24,116 bases of DNA from a virus (IMGVR_UViG_3300037465_000389:1-24116); one strand, 5' to 3'. Positions 1 to 7,353 are shown, counted from the stretch's first letter. Program-made: numbers and translations. Notes: generated by a model not told the origin, from the sequence alone.

Positions 1-2
1 CC

Positions 3-176
3 CTTGCCCGTGTAACCGCCGAGCTGGAGCAAGAGCGCGCCCGCCGCGAGGCGGCGGAGAGGGTTATCGAGGAGATGGCGGACAGCCACCCCGAATGCCC
101 AACATGCCAGCGCGTCGCCCGCGCCTACTTTGCCCGCTACACCAAGCCCGAGGGAGGCGACGATGACGCTGCGTGA
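3..176 (+). CDS. 3' end of a small hypothetical phage protein (partial; coiled coil plus HPECPTC motif)
   Basis: Open frame from the window edge, LARVTAELEQERARREAAERVIEEMADSHPECPTCQRVARAYFARY...DDDAA, ending TGA at 174-176. Read by hand; not in the ORF track. Confidence 0.7.
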   Translation, partial: LARVTAELEQERARREAAERVIEEMADSHPECPTCQRVARAYFARYTKPEGGDDDAA

Positions 177-213
177 GAAGATCGCGCGCCATATTCCACG
201 CCAGAAAGCGTAA
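163..213 (+). pseudogene. 16-aa mini-ORF / probable truncated gene remnant (MTLREKIARHIPRQKA)
   Basis: GGAGG at 153-157 precedes ATG at 163, overlapping the upstream gene end; stop TAA at 211-213. Confidence 0.4.
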
Positions 214-226
214 CCACAGGAGAGCG

Positions 227-436
227 ATGATGTCGGACGACATACCCTTCCCGGGGTCTGTGGAGGCCCGAAGGTTAGGCTGTGTTTGTCAAGGTCTCGT
301 GAGGTTCTCTACCATAGAGATCTCACGTATTAACGGCAATCGACTTGACTCCCCCGAGATAGCTCACCTTGAGCAATACACCGAAGTCTCTAGCGACTGT
401 CGTGTTCACGGGGCGCTATTTGGAGGCGAGCAATGA
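227..436 (+). CDS. Small hypothetical phage protein with CxC...CxxH putative Zn-binding motif
   Basis: AGGAG before ATG 227; PFPGSVEARRLGCVC...DCRVHG; stop overlaps the next ATG (ATGA). Confidence 0.75.
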   Translation: MMSDDIPFPGSVEARRLGCVCQGLVRFSTIEISRINGNRLDSPEIAHLEQYTEVSSDCRVHGALFGGEQ

Positions 437-612
437 AGGTTTTCCTCTTCATTATCCTTCTTTCTCCAGACGGTGAGTACCGCTTCCACGAGAGCGAGTG
501 GCCCACCCTCACCGAGTGTTCGGCTCGAGCCCAGGCGCTCAACAAGCTGGGCTTCCCGGATTTCCTCGCGACATGCCTCGTGGAGGACCAAACACAGGAG
601 ATGATTGAATGA
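433..612 (+). CDS. 59-aa hypothetical protein with hydrophobic N-terminus and two Cys
   Basis: GGAGG at 422-426, ATG 433, MKVFLFIILLSPDGEYRFHESEWPTLTECSARAQ...CLVEDQTQEMIE. ATGA overlaps at both ends; below the ORF-track length cutoff. Confidence 0.75.
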   Translation: MKVFLFIILLSPDGEYRFHESEWPTLTECSARAQALNKLGFPDFLATCLVEDQTQEMIE

Positions 613-842
613 CCGACCCTAAGGTCTTTCACGAGATTCTTGACAAAATCGTGAACGCTACGATGTCGCTCATGCTTGTCGCCGACATTCTTCGTGGATG
701 GCAAGAGAACGCTCCGACCTCTCAAGAGTCCCGCATCCAGCTGTGGACCGAGGCAGAGGAAGCCTTCTCTGCTATCCTCGCGATCCGTACCCACGCCCGG
801 AAGATCTGTCCCGAGGAGGCCCCAGGTGACAACCTACCCTAA
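609..842 (+). CDS. Hypothetical helical protein (77 aa)
   Basis: AGGAG upstream, ATGA coupling to the preceding gene, amphipathic helical sequence. Confidence 0.7.
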   Translation: MTDPKVFHEILDKIVNATMSLMLVADILRGWQENAPTSQESRIQLWTEAEEAFSAILAIRTHARKICPEEAPGDNLP

Positions 843-1272
843 GCTTCTCTCCCACTACCCCCACCAGTTCTTCGACATCATCTATGCTGTCGCTGTGGAG
901 AGTCGAGAGGTCGAAGTCAACCTTCCGAGCACCGAGAACGCAGATTACGTTCGTTTTGCCTTCTACGCCTTTCGTGGACTCCTGCGCAAGACAGCCACCG
1001 AGTCGGAGCGCGCCGCTCTAGCCGAAACTGTCGTCGTACGAAAGGCGGGCAACAAACTTACCTTCGCCCACCGCGACCAAAGCCAAATAGCTAGCGCCCT
1101 TGAAAGCGGCCTGCGCGCTGCCGGCTTCAACCCTGCAGCCTCAATCGATGCCGTCCGCCCGCGAGAAGGTGTCTCGGAAGCCCTCGAAAATATATTTCCC
1201 AGCGCGGTTGACATTCAACCAAGGCGTCCCCATATACCCCCCATGGACCCAAACGACAAGGAACACTCCTGA
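826..1272 (+). CDS. Hypothetical phage protein (148 aa)
   Basis: GAGGAGG at 813-819 precedes GTG 826, in frame with track ORF 676..1272; TGATG coupling to the next gene. Confidence 0.75.
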   Translation: MTTYPKLLSHYPHQFFDIIYAVAVESREVEVNLPSTENADYVRFAFYAFRGLLRKTATESERAALAETVVVRKAGNKLTFAHRDQSQIASALESGLRAAGFNPAASIDAVRPREGVSEALENIFPSAVDIQPRRPHIPPMDPNDKEHS

Positions 1273-1766
1273 TGGCCGACGACCTTAACGCCCTATTTGC
1301 GAAGCTCATTCGCGAAGGTCACGCGTCCTCACCGAAAGCGACGAGGTCCAGATCAACGCCCGCCCCCAATCCGCGCGACTGGCAGATCGTGCTCTTCGAG
1401 GTCTTCATTGAGAGCGTCGATTGCCTAAACTGCTTCGACGAACGCAGTCGCCACTTTCGTGCGGCGCGAGTGTTCATCACCCGTCAGGGGCCAAGCGGCG
1501 CTCGGATTTCACAAATCGCGAACTATCGCGAGGCGAAGGCTCTCCATGAGCAGAACCCGCAAGTCCCCTGGCATCGCCTAGTGCGAACAGGAAGCAACCC
1601 GTTCTGCCCTCTCTGCGCCCCGGACGAGTTCGCCGGAGCCTCGCACACGATATGCGGGAAGCTTCCCGATACCCTGCCAGAGATGGCGTGCGATCCACGA
1701 CCCGCTCCTCACAATTTCAGCTCTACGTCCGCCGAGCTCTCGGAGCTTCCCGATGCCACGGCCTAA
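1272..1766 (+). CDS. Hypothetical protein with two CxxC pairs (putative Zn finger)
   Basis: CLNC and CPLC motifs; coupled to both neighbours. Confidence 0.75.
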   Translation: MADDLNALFAKLIREGHASSPKATRSRSTPAPNPRDWQIVLFEVFIESVDCLNCFDERSRHFRAARVFITRQGPSGARISQIANYREAKALHEQNPQVPWHRLVRTGSNPFCPLCAPDEFAGASHTICGKLPDTLPEMACDPRPAPHNFSSTSAELSELPDATA

Positions 1767-1944
1767 GTCTATAGTCGAGAAGGTCAAGGTCGATGTGTGG
1801 CTCACACGCGATCTTCTTTCGGAACTTGATTTCTGGCTGCTCGACCCTTTCACAGGAAAGCGCCGCTACGGAGCTCGGCAGTCCCTCATTACCTCACTCC
1901 TAGAGCAATGGGTGAGGCGACAAAAGGAGGCAGGAAAGCCATGA
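1753..1944 (+). CDS. Small basic protein, possible ribbon-helix-helix DNA-binding regulator
   Basis: MPRPK start, alternating beta-strand KVKVDVWL, helix RDLLSELD, second helix RQSLITSLLEQWV; GGAG RBS. Confidence 0.6.
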   Translation: MPRPKSIVEKVKVDVWLTRDLLSELDFWLLDPFTGKRRYGARQSLITSLLEQWVRRQKEAGKP

Positions 1945-2171
1945 ACACCCCAGTACCTACACCCTTCTCGCTTGAGAAGGTCATCGACCTTCGACGCCGG
2001 ATTGTCGCCGGCGAGGAGGTCTCAGAGGAGGAAATCCGCGAGGCCGTTGCGTGGCTTCGGCAAGATCGGATGAGCGTCATCCAATCCCCCAAGGCTCGTT
2101 CGAAGAGCACTCCGGTCAACCTGGAAGAGCTCTTCCAGATGTCTGTCCCAGGGAGCAGCCCAAACTCGTGA
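1941..2171 (+). CDS. Hypothetical phage protein (76 aa)
   Basis: AGGAGG/AGGA upstream of ATG 1941 (ATGA overlap); LRRRIVAGEEVSEEEIREAVAWLRQDR helical hairpin. Confidence 0.75.
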   Translation: MNTPVPTPFSLEKVIDLRRRIVAGEEVSEEEIREAVAWLRQDRMSVIQSPKARSKSTPVNLEELFQMSVPGSSPNS

Positions 2172-2479
2172 ACACACCACTTCCAGTCTCAACTGACACC
2201 TATGCGCACGCCATTGCGATCTTCCGGCGCGCCCTAAGTCGCCCGGAAGGTCTCAACATCGCTTGCCCGTCGGCAACTAGGGCTCGCGAGTGGCGGAAGG
2301 AGCTCTACAAGATCCGTCTGCACTACCTGGCTGAGGGTGAGGACGGGAAGCTCATAGTCCTTCTTGCGGACCTAGAGTTCATCTGTCGCGATGATCACCT
2401 CATCGTGCGCAGGAAGACCTCCCCCCTTGGCGCGGCTCTCGCAGCAACCCTCGAGAAGGAGGCTTCGAATGCCACCTGA
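2168..2479 (+). CDS. Hypothetical phage protein (103 aa)
   Basis: GTG 2168 in a GTGA overlap, GGGAG upstream, in frame with track ORF 2051..2479. Confidence 0.7.
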   Translation: MNTPLPVSTDTYAHAIAIFRRALSRPEGLNIACPSATRAREWRKELYKIRLHYLAEGEDGKLIVLLADLEFICRDDHLIVRRKTSPLGAALAATLEKEASNAT

Positions 2480-3383
2480 AGAGACCTACGACTTCCCCCG
2501 TATCTTTGACTCCACGATGATAGCTTCGGCTAAGTCGTGTCGGCGACTTTTCTTCCTTTCGCACATTCGCAAGCTTCGCGCCAAGATCCCTTCGGTTCAT
2601 CTCAATGCCGGCGGAGCCTTTGCAGCCGGCATCGAAGGCGCCCGGAGGGCCTTCTATATCGAAGGCTTCCCGCCGGAGGAAGCTGTCCTTCAAGGGGGCG
2701 GAGCCCTTTTGCGCTCCTTCGCTTTCGATCCCGCCGAGGACATAAACGCCCCAAAAGGCTTCTTGAATGTCATGGACGCATTTTTCGGGTATTTTTCCCA
2801 ATGGCCTCTAGATCATGACCACGTAACCCCCTATCTCGTAGGGGGCGTTCCGGCCATTGAGTTCACCTTCGCGTACCCACTACCAATCAAGCATCCCGTA
2901 ACGGACGAGCCAATCCTTTACTGCGGGCGCTTCGATATGCTTGGAGTTCTCAACGGCATGCCAGTCATTCTGGACGAAAAAACGACTGGCTACCTTGGGG
3001 CTTCCTGGAGCCGCTCCTTTGACCTTCGCGGTCAATACATTGGCTACACTTGGGGAGCTCACCAAGCAGGCGTTCCAGTCGTCGGCGCAGTCACGCGCGG
3101 AATAGGCTTGAAAAAGACCGGCAACGAGTTTGTCGAGGCGATTAACTATTACCCTAAGTGGGTAGTTGAAGAGTGGTTCAACTCTATGTTGGACACGATC
3201 TCATCCCTCATAACTTACTGGCAGCGTAATTACTTCCCAAAAAGCTACGCGACCTCATGCGAAAGCTATGGTGGATGCATTATGTCGCCACTCTGCACGC
3301 GCCAGGACCCCGAGCCGCTCATTGCGGAGTATTTCGAGCATAACGACTGGTCGCCAATCCGCAAGCTTCCCACTCAGGAGTAA
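2469..3383 (+). CDS. PD-(D/E)xK superfamily exonuclease (Cas4/RecB/AddB-like, probable Fe-S cluster)
   Basis: AGGAGG before ATG 2469. Motifs: N-terminal DST...C.R, E, GRFD, DEKTT, QYIGY, and C-terminal CESYGGCIMSPLC. Confidence 0.85.
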   Translation: MPPEETYDFPRIFDSTMIASAKSCRRLFFLSHIRKLRAKIPSVHLNAGGAFAAGIEGARRAFYIEGFPPEEAVLQGGGALLRSFAFDPAEDINAPKGFLNVMDAFFGYFSQWPLDHDHVTPYLVGGVPAIEFTFAYPLPIKHPVTDEPILYCGRFDMLGVLNGMPVILDEKTTGYLGASWSRSFDLRGQYIGYTWGAHQAGVPVVGAVTRGIGLKKTGNEFVEAINYYPKWVVEEWFNSMLDTISSLITYWQRNYFPKSYATSCESYGGCIMSPLCTRQDPEPLIAEYFEHNDWSPIRKLPTQE

Positions 3384-3387
3384 GCCC

Positions 3388-4287
3388 ATGCCGCTATCTG
3401 CGTCCGTAAGCGTTCAAGTCCCGGAGGGTGCCAAAACTCCCACCGGGCTCATGCCAGGGCCGAAGGTCCTCCTTATCGGTCCCACCGGCTCGGGAAAGAC
3501 CTACTCCCTTCGGACCCTCCTTAACTTGGATCTCGAGCCCTTTTTCCTCTTCACCGAGCCTGGGATGGAGACACTCGGCGCCGAGGTTCTGGACAAGGCC
3601 CATTGGGCTTACCTACCCCCGGCGACCAGCCCCTTTTCCGTTCTCCTCGACAACGCCGACCGCATCAACACTACAAGCGCGGAGGGTCTTTCCAAGCAGA
3701 TCGACATGAACAAGCGAGCCTATCGGCAGTTCTACGACCTCCTCAAGCTCCTCAATAACTTTGTCTGTTCCCGCACTGGGGAGAGCTTCGGGGACGTATC
3801 GACCTGGAACCAGAACAGAGTCCTCGTCATCGACTCCCTCTCCGGGCTCAATCAGATGTCTTTGGACCTCACGACTGGCTCGCGCGTCACACGCTCCTTT
3901 CCCGAGTGGGGAATTGCGATGGATAACCTTGAACGGCTCGTGATGAAGCTCTGCTATGACTGTGCGTGCATGGTCGTCATCACAGGGCACATTGAGCCGG
4001 AACGCGACGAGACGACTGGCGCAGTCATCAACATGGTCTCCACGATCGGCCGGAAGCTCGCTCCGAAGCTCCCTCGGCATTTCTCTGAGGTCATCCTTAC
4101 CCGACGTGAGGGAACACGCTTCTACTGGAGCACTGCCGACACACGGACGGACCTCAAGTCGAGACTCCTCGGGCAGAACGACAAGCACGAGCCATCGTTC
4201 GCTCCCCTCGTTACAGAGTGGCGTCGCCGGGCTGGCGTCACTTTTACGAAGTTCGCTGCAACAGCAGCGAGCACCCCGGCAGCCTAG
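3388..4287 (+). CDS. AAA_24 / Sak4-like P-loop ATPase (phage recombinase-type)
   Basis: KVLLIGPTGSGKT Walker A, VLVIDSLS Walker B, VVITGH, GRKLAPKLPRHFSEV; located between the exonuclease and the SSB-like gene. Confidence 0.85.
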   Translation: MPLSASVSVQVPEGAKTPTGLMPGPKVLLIGPTGSGKTYSLRTLLNLDLEPFFLFTEPGMETLGAEVLDKAHWAYLPPATSPFSVLLDNADRINTTSAEGLSKQIDMNKRAYRQFYDLLKLLNNFVCSRTGESFGDVSTWNQNRVLVIDSLSGLNQMSLDLTTGSRVTRSFPEWGIAMDNLERLVMKLCYDCACMVVITGHIEPERDETTGAVINMVSTIGRKLAPKLPRHFSEVILTRREGTRFYWSTADTRTDLKSRLLGQNDKHEPSFAPLVTEWRRRAGVTFTKFAATAASTPAA

Positions 4288-4294
4288 GCTGCCG
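4277..4294. repeat. Perfect 18-bp palindrome CGGCAGCCTAGGCTGCCG spanning the ATPase stop codon
   Basis: The sequence equals its own reverse complement; no T-run follows. Confidence 0.85.
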
Positions 4295-4333
4295 TAGTAA
4301 CTCAACCACACCACCTCTCAGGAGTTAACATCA

Positions 4334-4807
4334 ATGAGCACCAACACTTTCGACGCCGATGCTTTCCTCACTGGCACCACTATCAGCGAGGCCAACTCGG
4401 TCGAGTTCGTCCTCCCCCCGGAGGGCGAGTACGTGGGGCTTTGCTCGAAGCTCTTGGGTGCCCGCCGTCTGGAGGCAACGGCCGACAATCCCCCGCGGAT
4501 CATCGTCGAGTACCTGTGGGAACTCAACGACAGCGACGGGAAGCTCAAGGAGACCACCGGCCGGGACAAGAATGCCGTGCGCCAGTCGATCTGGCTCGAC
4601 CTCTCCAGTGAGGGTGGCATCGCTGGCGGTCGGGGAGTCAACGTCGCGCTCGGCCGTACGCGCGAGGCTGTCGGTCTCAACGACCCCTCGCGCCCGTTCA
4701 ACTTCTCGATGATCGTCGGCCGGACGGCAAAGCTCGGCGTGAAGCACCGGGTCAACAAGGACACCGGCGAGATCTACGCCGAGGTCCGGACGGTCTCGAA
4801 GCTCTAG
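4334..4807 (+). CDS. Putative single-stranded DNA-binding protein (DUF669-like OB fold)
   Basis: AGGAG RBS; LPPEGEY motif, beta-rich core, MIVGRTAKLGVKHR...YAEVRTV end; follows the exonuclease and Sak4-like genes; visibly C/G-ending codons. Confidence 0.7.
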   Translation: MSTNTFDADAFLTGTTISEANSVEFVLPPEGEYVGLCSKLLGARRLEATADNPPRIIVEYLWELNDSDGKLKETTGRDKNAVRQSIWLDLSSEGGIAGGRGVNVALGRTREAVGLNDPSRPFNFSMIVGRTAKLGVKHRVNKDTGEIYAEVRTVSKL

Positions 4808-4810
4808 GTC

Positions 4811-4840
4811 GGCAATATCGAGGCAACATCGAGGCGACAC
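4811..4840 (+). repeat. Tandem 11-bp imperfect direct repeat GGCAA(T/C)ATCGA x2 plus a partial third copy
   Basis: ggcaatatcga ggcaacatcga ggcgacac in the intergenic gap after the SSB-like gene. Confidence 0.7.
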
Positions 4841-4852
4841 CTGCTTAGTGGT

Positions 4853-4879
4853 GTGACGGCGGGGAGAGACCCGCATCAC
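4853..4879 (+). promoter_or_regulatory. Intergenic RNA stem-loop GTGAcgGCGGG-gagaga-CCCGCaTCAC directly before an RBS
   Basis: GTGA/TCAC and GCGGG/CCCGC pairings with a purine-rich loop; GGAGG follows at 4882-4886. Confidence 0.55.
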
Positions 4880-4894
4880 TTGGAGGTAACTTCC

Positions 4895-5254
4895 ATGGAA
4901 CTTGAAAGTCCAATCCCGCCACCAGTTATCATTGAGTCGCCCTATGCTGGCGACGTCGAGGCGAATGTGGCATACGCGAAGCGCTGTGTGCAGGACTCTC
5001 TCGACAGGGGGGAGGCTCCTTTCGCCTCGCACCTTTTCTACCCCCTTTTCCTCGACGACAACGACCAAAGCGAGCGAACTGTCGGAATATCATGCGGGAA
5101 GGCGTGGCTCCTCCGAGCACTTCGCATGGCAGTCTATTGCGACCGGGGCATCTCGCCGGGAATGGCCATCGAAATGGCCCAAGCAAAGCGGATTGGCCTT
5201 CCTGTCGAGTTTCGCTATCTCGAAGGACGGCCCGAGGAGAAGGTTGATGTCTAA
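4895..5254 (+). CDS. Nucleoside 2-deoxyribosyltransferase-like fold phage protein (DUF4406/DUF7768-like)
   Basis: VIIESPYAGDVEANVAYA, GEAPFASHLFY, ER..GI..G..WL and DRGISPGMAIE motifs; GGAGG RBS before ATG 4895. Confidence 0.75.
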   Translation: MELESPIPPPVIIESPYAGDVEANVAYAKRCVQDSLDRGEAPFASHLFYPLFLDDNDQSERTVGISCGKAWLLRALRMAVYCDRGISPGMAIEMAQAKRIGLPVEFRYLEGRPEEKVDV

Positions 5255-5471
5255 GCCACGCAAGCCCCTCAACGAACGCCTCTCCACACTCTACAGTTCG
5301 ATCGTCTCCTCGCTTTACACCGCGCGAATGACGGAGCGTGAGAGGCAGCTCTTCCCTGACCTCGCGAAAGAGCTTGACGGCCTTCGCGATACCGTCGTTT
5401 CGAGCCACCAGCGGGCAGTTTCGCATCTCCACCGAAACTGGTACCCTGGTCGCAAGGGGCTTTCGCAGTGA
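5247..5471 (+). CDS. Hypothetical helical protein (74 aa)
   Basis: GAGGAG upstream of ATG 5247, in frame with track ORF 4902..5471; GTGA coupling to the kinase. Confidence 0.7.
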   Translation: MSKPRKPLNERLSTLYSSIVSSLYTARMTERERQLFPDLAKELDGLRDTVVSSHQRAVSHLHRNWYPGRKGLSQ

Positions 5472-6289
5472 AGAGACCTCTCGTTCTTGCTTTCGCGGGA
5501 CCGTCGGGTTGTGGCAAGACAACCATCGCCGACGTTATAGCTGGTTATCCTCGCTTTTCTCGCCTGCGCTTTGCAGACCCCATACGTTTCTTCATCCAAA
5601 GTCTCACCCATGAGGACATCACCGGGAAAGATCGCAGCAAACCGCATCCTTACCTCGGCGGCAAGTCCTGGCGCTATGCAATGCAAACTTTGGGCACAGA
5701 GTGGGGTCGTAACCTCATAAGCCCTTCAATCTGGGTAGACCAATGGTACTACTGGTATTTGGACAAGCATCCGTTAACCGTTGTGGTTGTCGATGACTTG
5801 CGCTTCCCAAACGAATGGGACTTCCTTGCTACCCTTCCAACTGTATTCTTCTGGGTAGATCGGCCCAACTCGACAAGCGCTCTTCAAGGCTCCGAAGCCG
5901 AGCATGTAAGTGAGGCGCTTCCCGAACGGGAGATCAAGACCTACAAACCCGTCGTCCTTCCCAACGACTCAACTCTTGAGTGCTGGCAAGCTAAGGGCCA
6001 TGCCCTAGCACGGCTGTTCGTAACGCTTGTGGATGGAGAGAACTTTTGTCTCAAGCCATACACCTCTCCCGTATCGTCATCCCTGCCTACAGACATCGGC
6101 GAGACTTCGACTCAAAGAGGTTGGCCGAGCTCCGCGACTCCATCGCATCCATTGGACTCCTTCATCCACCCGTTGTCCGGCAAGACGAACACGGCTTCCT
6201 CGCGATCGTCGCGGGCGAGCGTCGCTTCCGGGCGATCAAAGAGCTCTTCGACGCCGGGCAAGCGATCTCCTTCGAAGGATCAACGTTAG
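5468..6289 (+). CDS. Deoxynucleoside monophosphate kinase (T4 gp1/T5-like)
   Basis: GPSGCGKTT P-loop, RFADPIR, RYAMQTLGTEWGR, VVDDLRFPNE and HVSE motifs. The last ~80 codons overlap the next gene. Confidence 0.9.
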   Translation: MKRPLVLAFAGPSGCGKTTIADVIAGYPRFSRLRFADPIRFFIQSLTHEDITGKDRSKPHPYLGGKSWRYAMQTLGTEWGRNLISPSIWVDQWYYWYLDKHPLTVVVVDDLRFPNEWDFLATLPTVFFWVDRPNSTSALQGSEAEHVSEALPEREIKTYKPVVLPNDSTLECWQAKGHALARLFVTLVDGENFCLKPYTSPVSSSLPTDIGETSTQRGWPSSATPSHPLDSFIHPLSGKTNTASSRSSRASVASGRSKSSSTPGKRSPSKDQR

Positions 6290-7353
6290 AGCTCGGCTTC
6301 CTTCCTGTCACTCTTCTTTCCGAGCTCCCACCTGAACTTGCCATGGAGATAGAACTTCAGGAAAACATCATTCGTCAGGATCTTTCCTGGCAAGAGCGCG
6401 CGAACGCCGTGGCGAAACTTCATGCGCTTCGCCTGTCCCAGAACCCGGCGCACACCCAACAGGACACAGCCGAAGAAATCACCGGCGGCCCCTCGACGAA
6501 CGCAACAGCAATTGTCCGGGATCGCGTCATCCTTGCGAAGAACCTCTATCGGAAGGCTGTTGCCGGGGCTCCAACTGAGGCGAAGGCTCTTCGTATCCTA
6601 CGACACGAATTAGAGAGCGACCTTCTCCGTGCGGCCGAGGAGCGAGGTATTCTCAGGGGTCACGATGTTGCAGGGGCTTCGCCCCACACTCTCGTTTGTG
6701 GTGATGCGCTTTTGCTTCTCGACGACATTCCTAATGGGTATTTCGACGTCATCCTTACTGACCCTCCTTACGGGGTAGAGGCAAGTGGTTATCAGGCCGG
6801 CATCGTTGTCACTCACGATTACAAAGATGACTGGGAAAGCGCGGCGGCGCTCATGCAAGCCTTCGCACCGAAAGCTTTTCGTGTCGCCGCGCGACAGGCC
6901 CATCTTTATCTATTTTGCGACATCCTTCGATTTTTCCACCTTCAAGAGATTTTCAACCTCGCTGGATGGAGTGTTTGGCCTCGACCTTTCATTTGGGTAA
7001 AGGATGTGGGCTTCATCCCGAACGCATCTCTTGGGCCATCGCGAAACTACGAGTGCGTCCTCTACGGGAATAAGGGCAACCGGACCGTAAACGCACTCTA
7101 TCGCGACGTTATTCAAGTTCCAGGAGTCCGTAATAAGCTTCATGCCGCTCAGAAACCTGTAGACCTCTATGTAGACCTTCTAAAGCGTTCGGTACTCCCC
7201 GGTTCTCGAGTCCTTGACCCATTCTGCGGGTCCGGCACTATCTTTCCGGCGGCCAATCGCCTGGGTGTAATCGCCCATGGATACGAGCTGGATGAGGCAC
7301 ATGTCGGCAAAGCTCGTCTTAGGCTCTCTTCGAGAGAGGACGCACAGGAATGA
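6046..7353 (+). CDS. ParB N-terminal domain + HTH fused to a beta-class N6A/N4C DNA methyltransferase
   Basis: ParB motifs LRDSIASIGLLHPPVV, VAGERRFRA, ENIIRQDL. MTase motifs DVILTDPPYG, HAAQKP, VLDPFCGSG, GYELD. GGAG precedes TTG 6046. Confidence 0.9.
   Translation: MSQAIHLSRIVIPAYRHRRDFDSKRLAELRDSIASIGLLHPPVVRQDEHGFLAIVAGERRFRAIKELFDAGQAISFEGSTLELGFLPVTLLSELPPELAMEIELQENIIRQDLSWQERANAVAKLHALRLSQNPAHTQQDTAEEITGGPSTNATAIVRDRVILAKNLYRKAVAGAPTEAKALRILRHELESDLLRAAEERGILRGHDVAGASPHTLVCGDALLLLDDIPNGYFDVILTDPPYGVEASGYQAGIVVTHDYKDDWESAAALMQAFAPKAFRVAARQAHLYLFCDILRFFHLQEIFNLAGWSVWPRPFIWVKDVGFIPNASLGPSRNYECVLYGNKGNRTVNALYRDVIQVPGVRNKLHAAQKPVDLYVDLLKRSVLPGSRVLDPFCGSGTIFPAANRLGVIAHGYELDEAHVGKARLRLSSREDAQE

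Noticed and set aside
1941-2190. Adjacent genes both starting MNTP(V/L)P
   Set aside because: The similarity is limited to six residues and the rest is unrelated; it could be chance.
2469-3383. Cas4-like nuclease as evidence of a CRISPR-Cas system
   Set aside because: There is no repeat-spacer array and no other cas gene; the context is a phage recombination module.
4277-4294. Palindrome as an intrinsic terminator
   Set aside because: There is no U-tract on either strand, and the downstream gene appears co-transcribed.
3613-5686. Long - strand ORFs (e.g. 3613..4314, 4331..5068, 4929..5522)
   Set aside because: They are shadows of well-supported + strand genes with biased codon usage.
6030-6060. 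Programmed -1 frameshift fusing the kinase to ParB-MTase
   Set aside because: There is no canonical X XXY YYZ slippery heptamer, and ParB-MTase has its own GGAG + TTG start.
6046-7353. Restriction-modification or ParABS partition system
   Set aside because: No adjacent restriction endonuclease or ParA is in the window.
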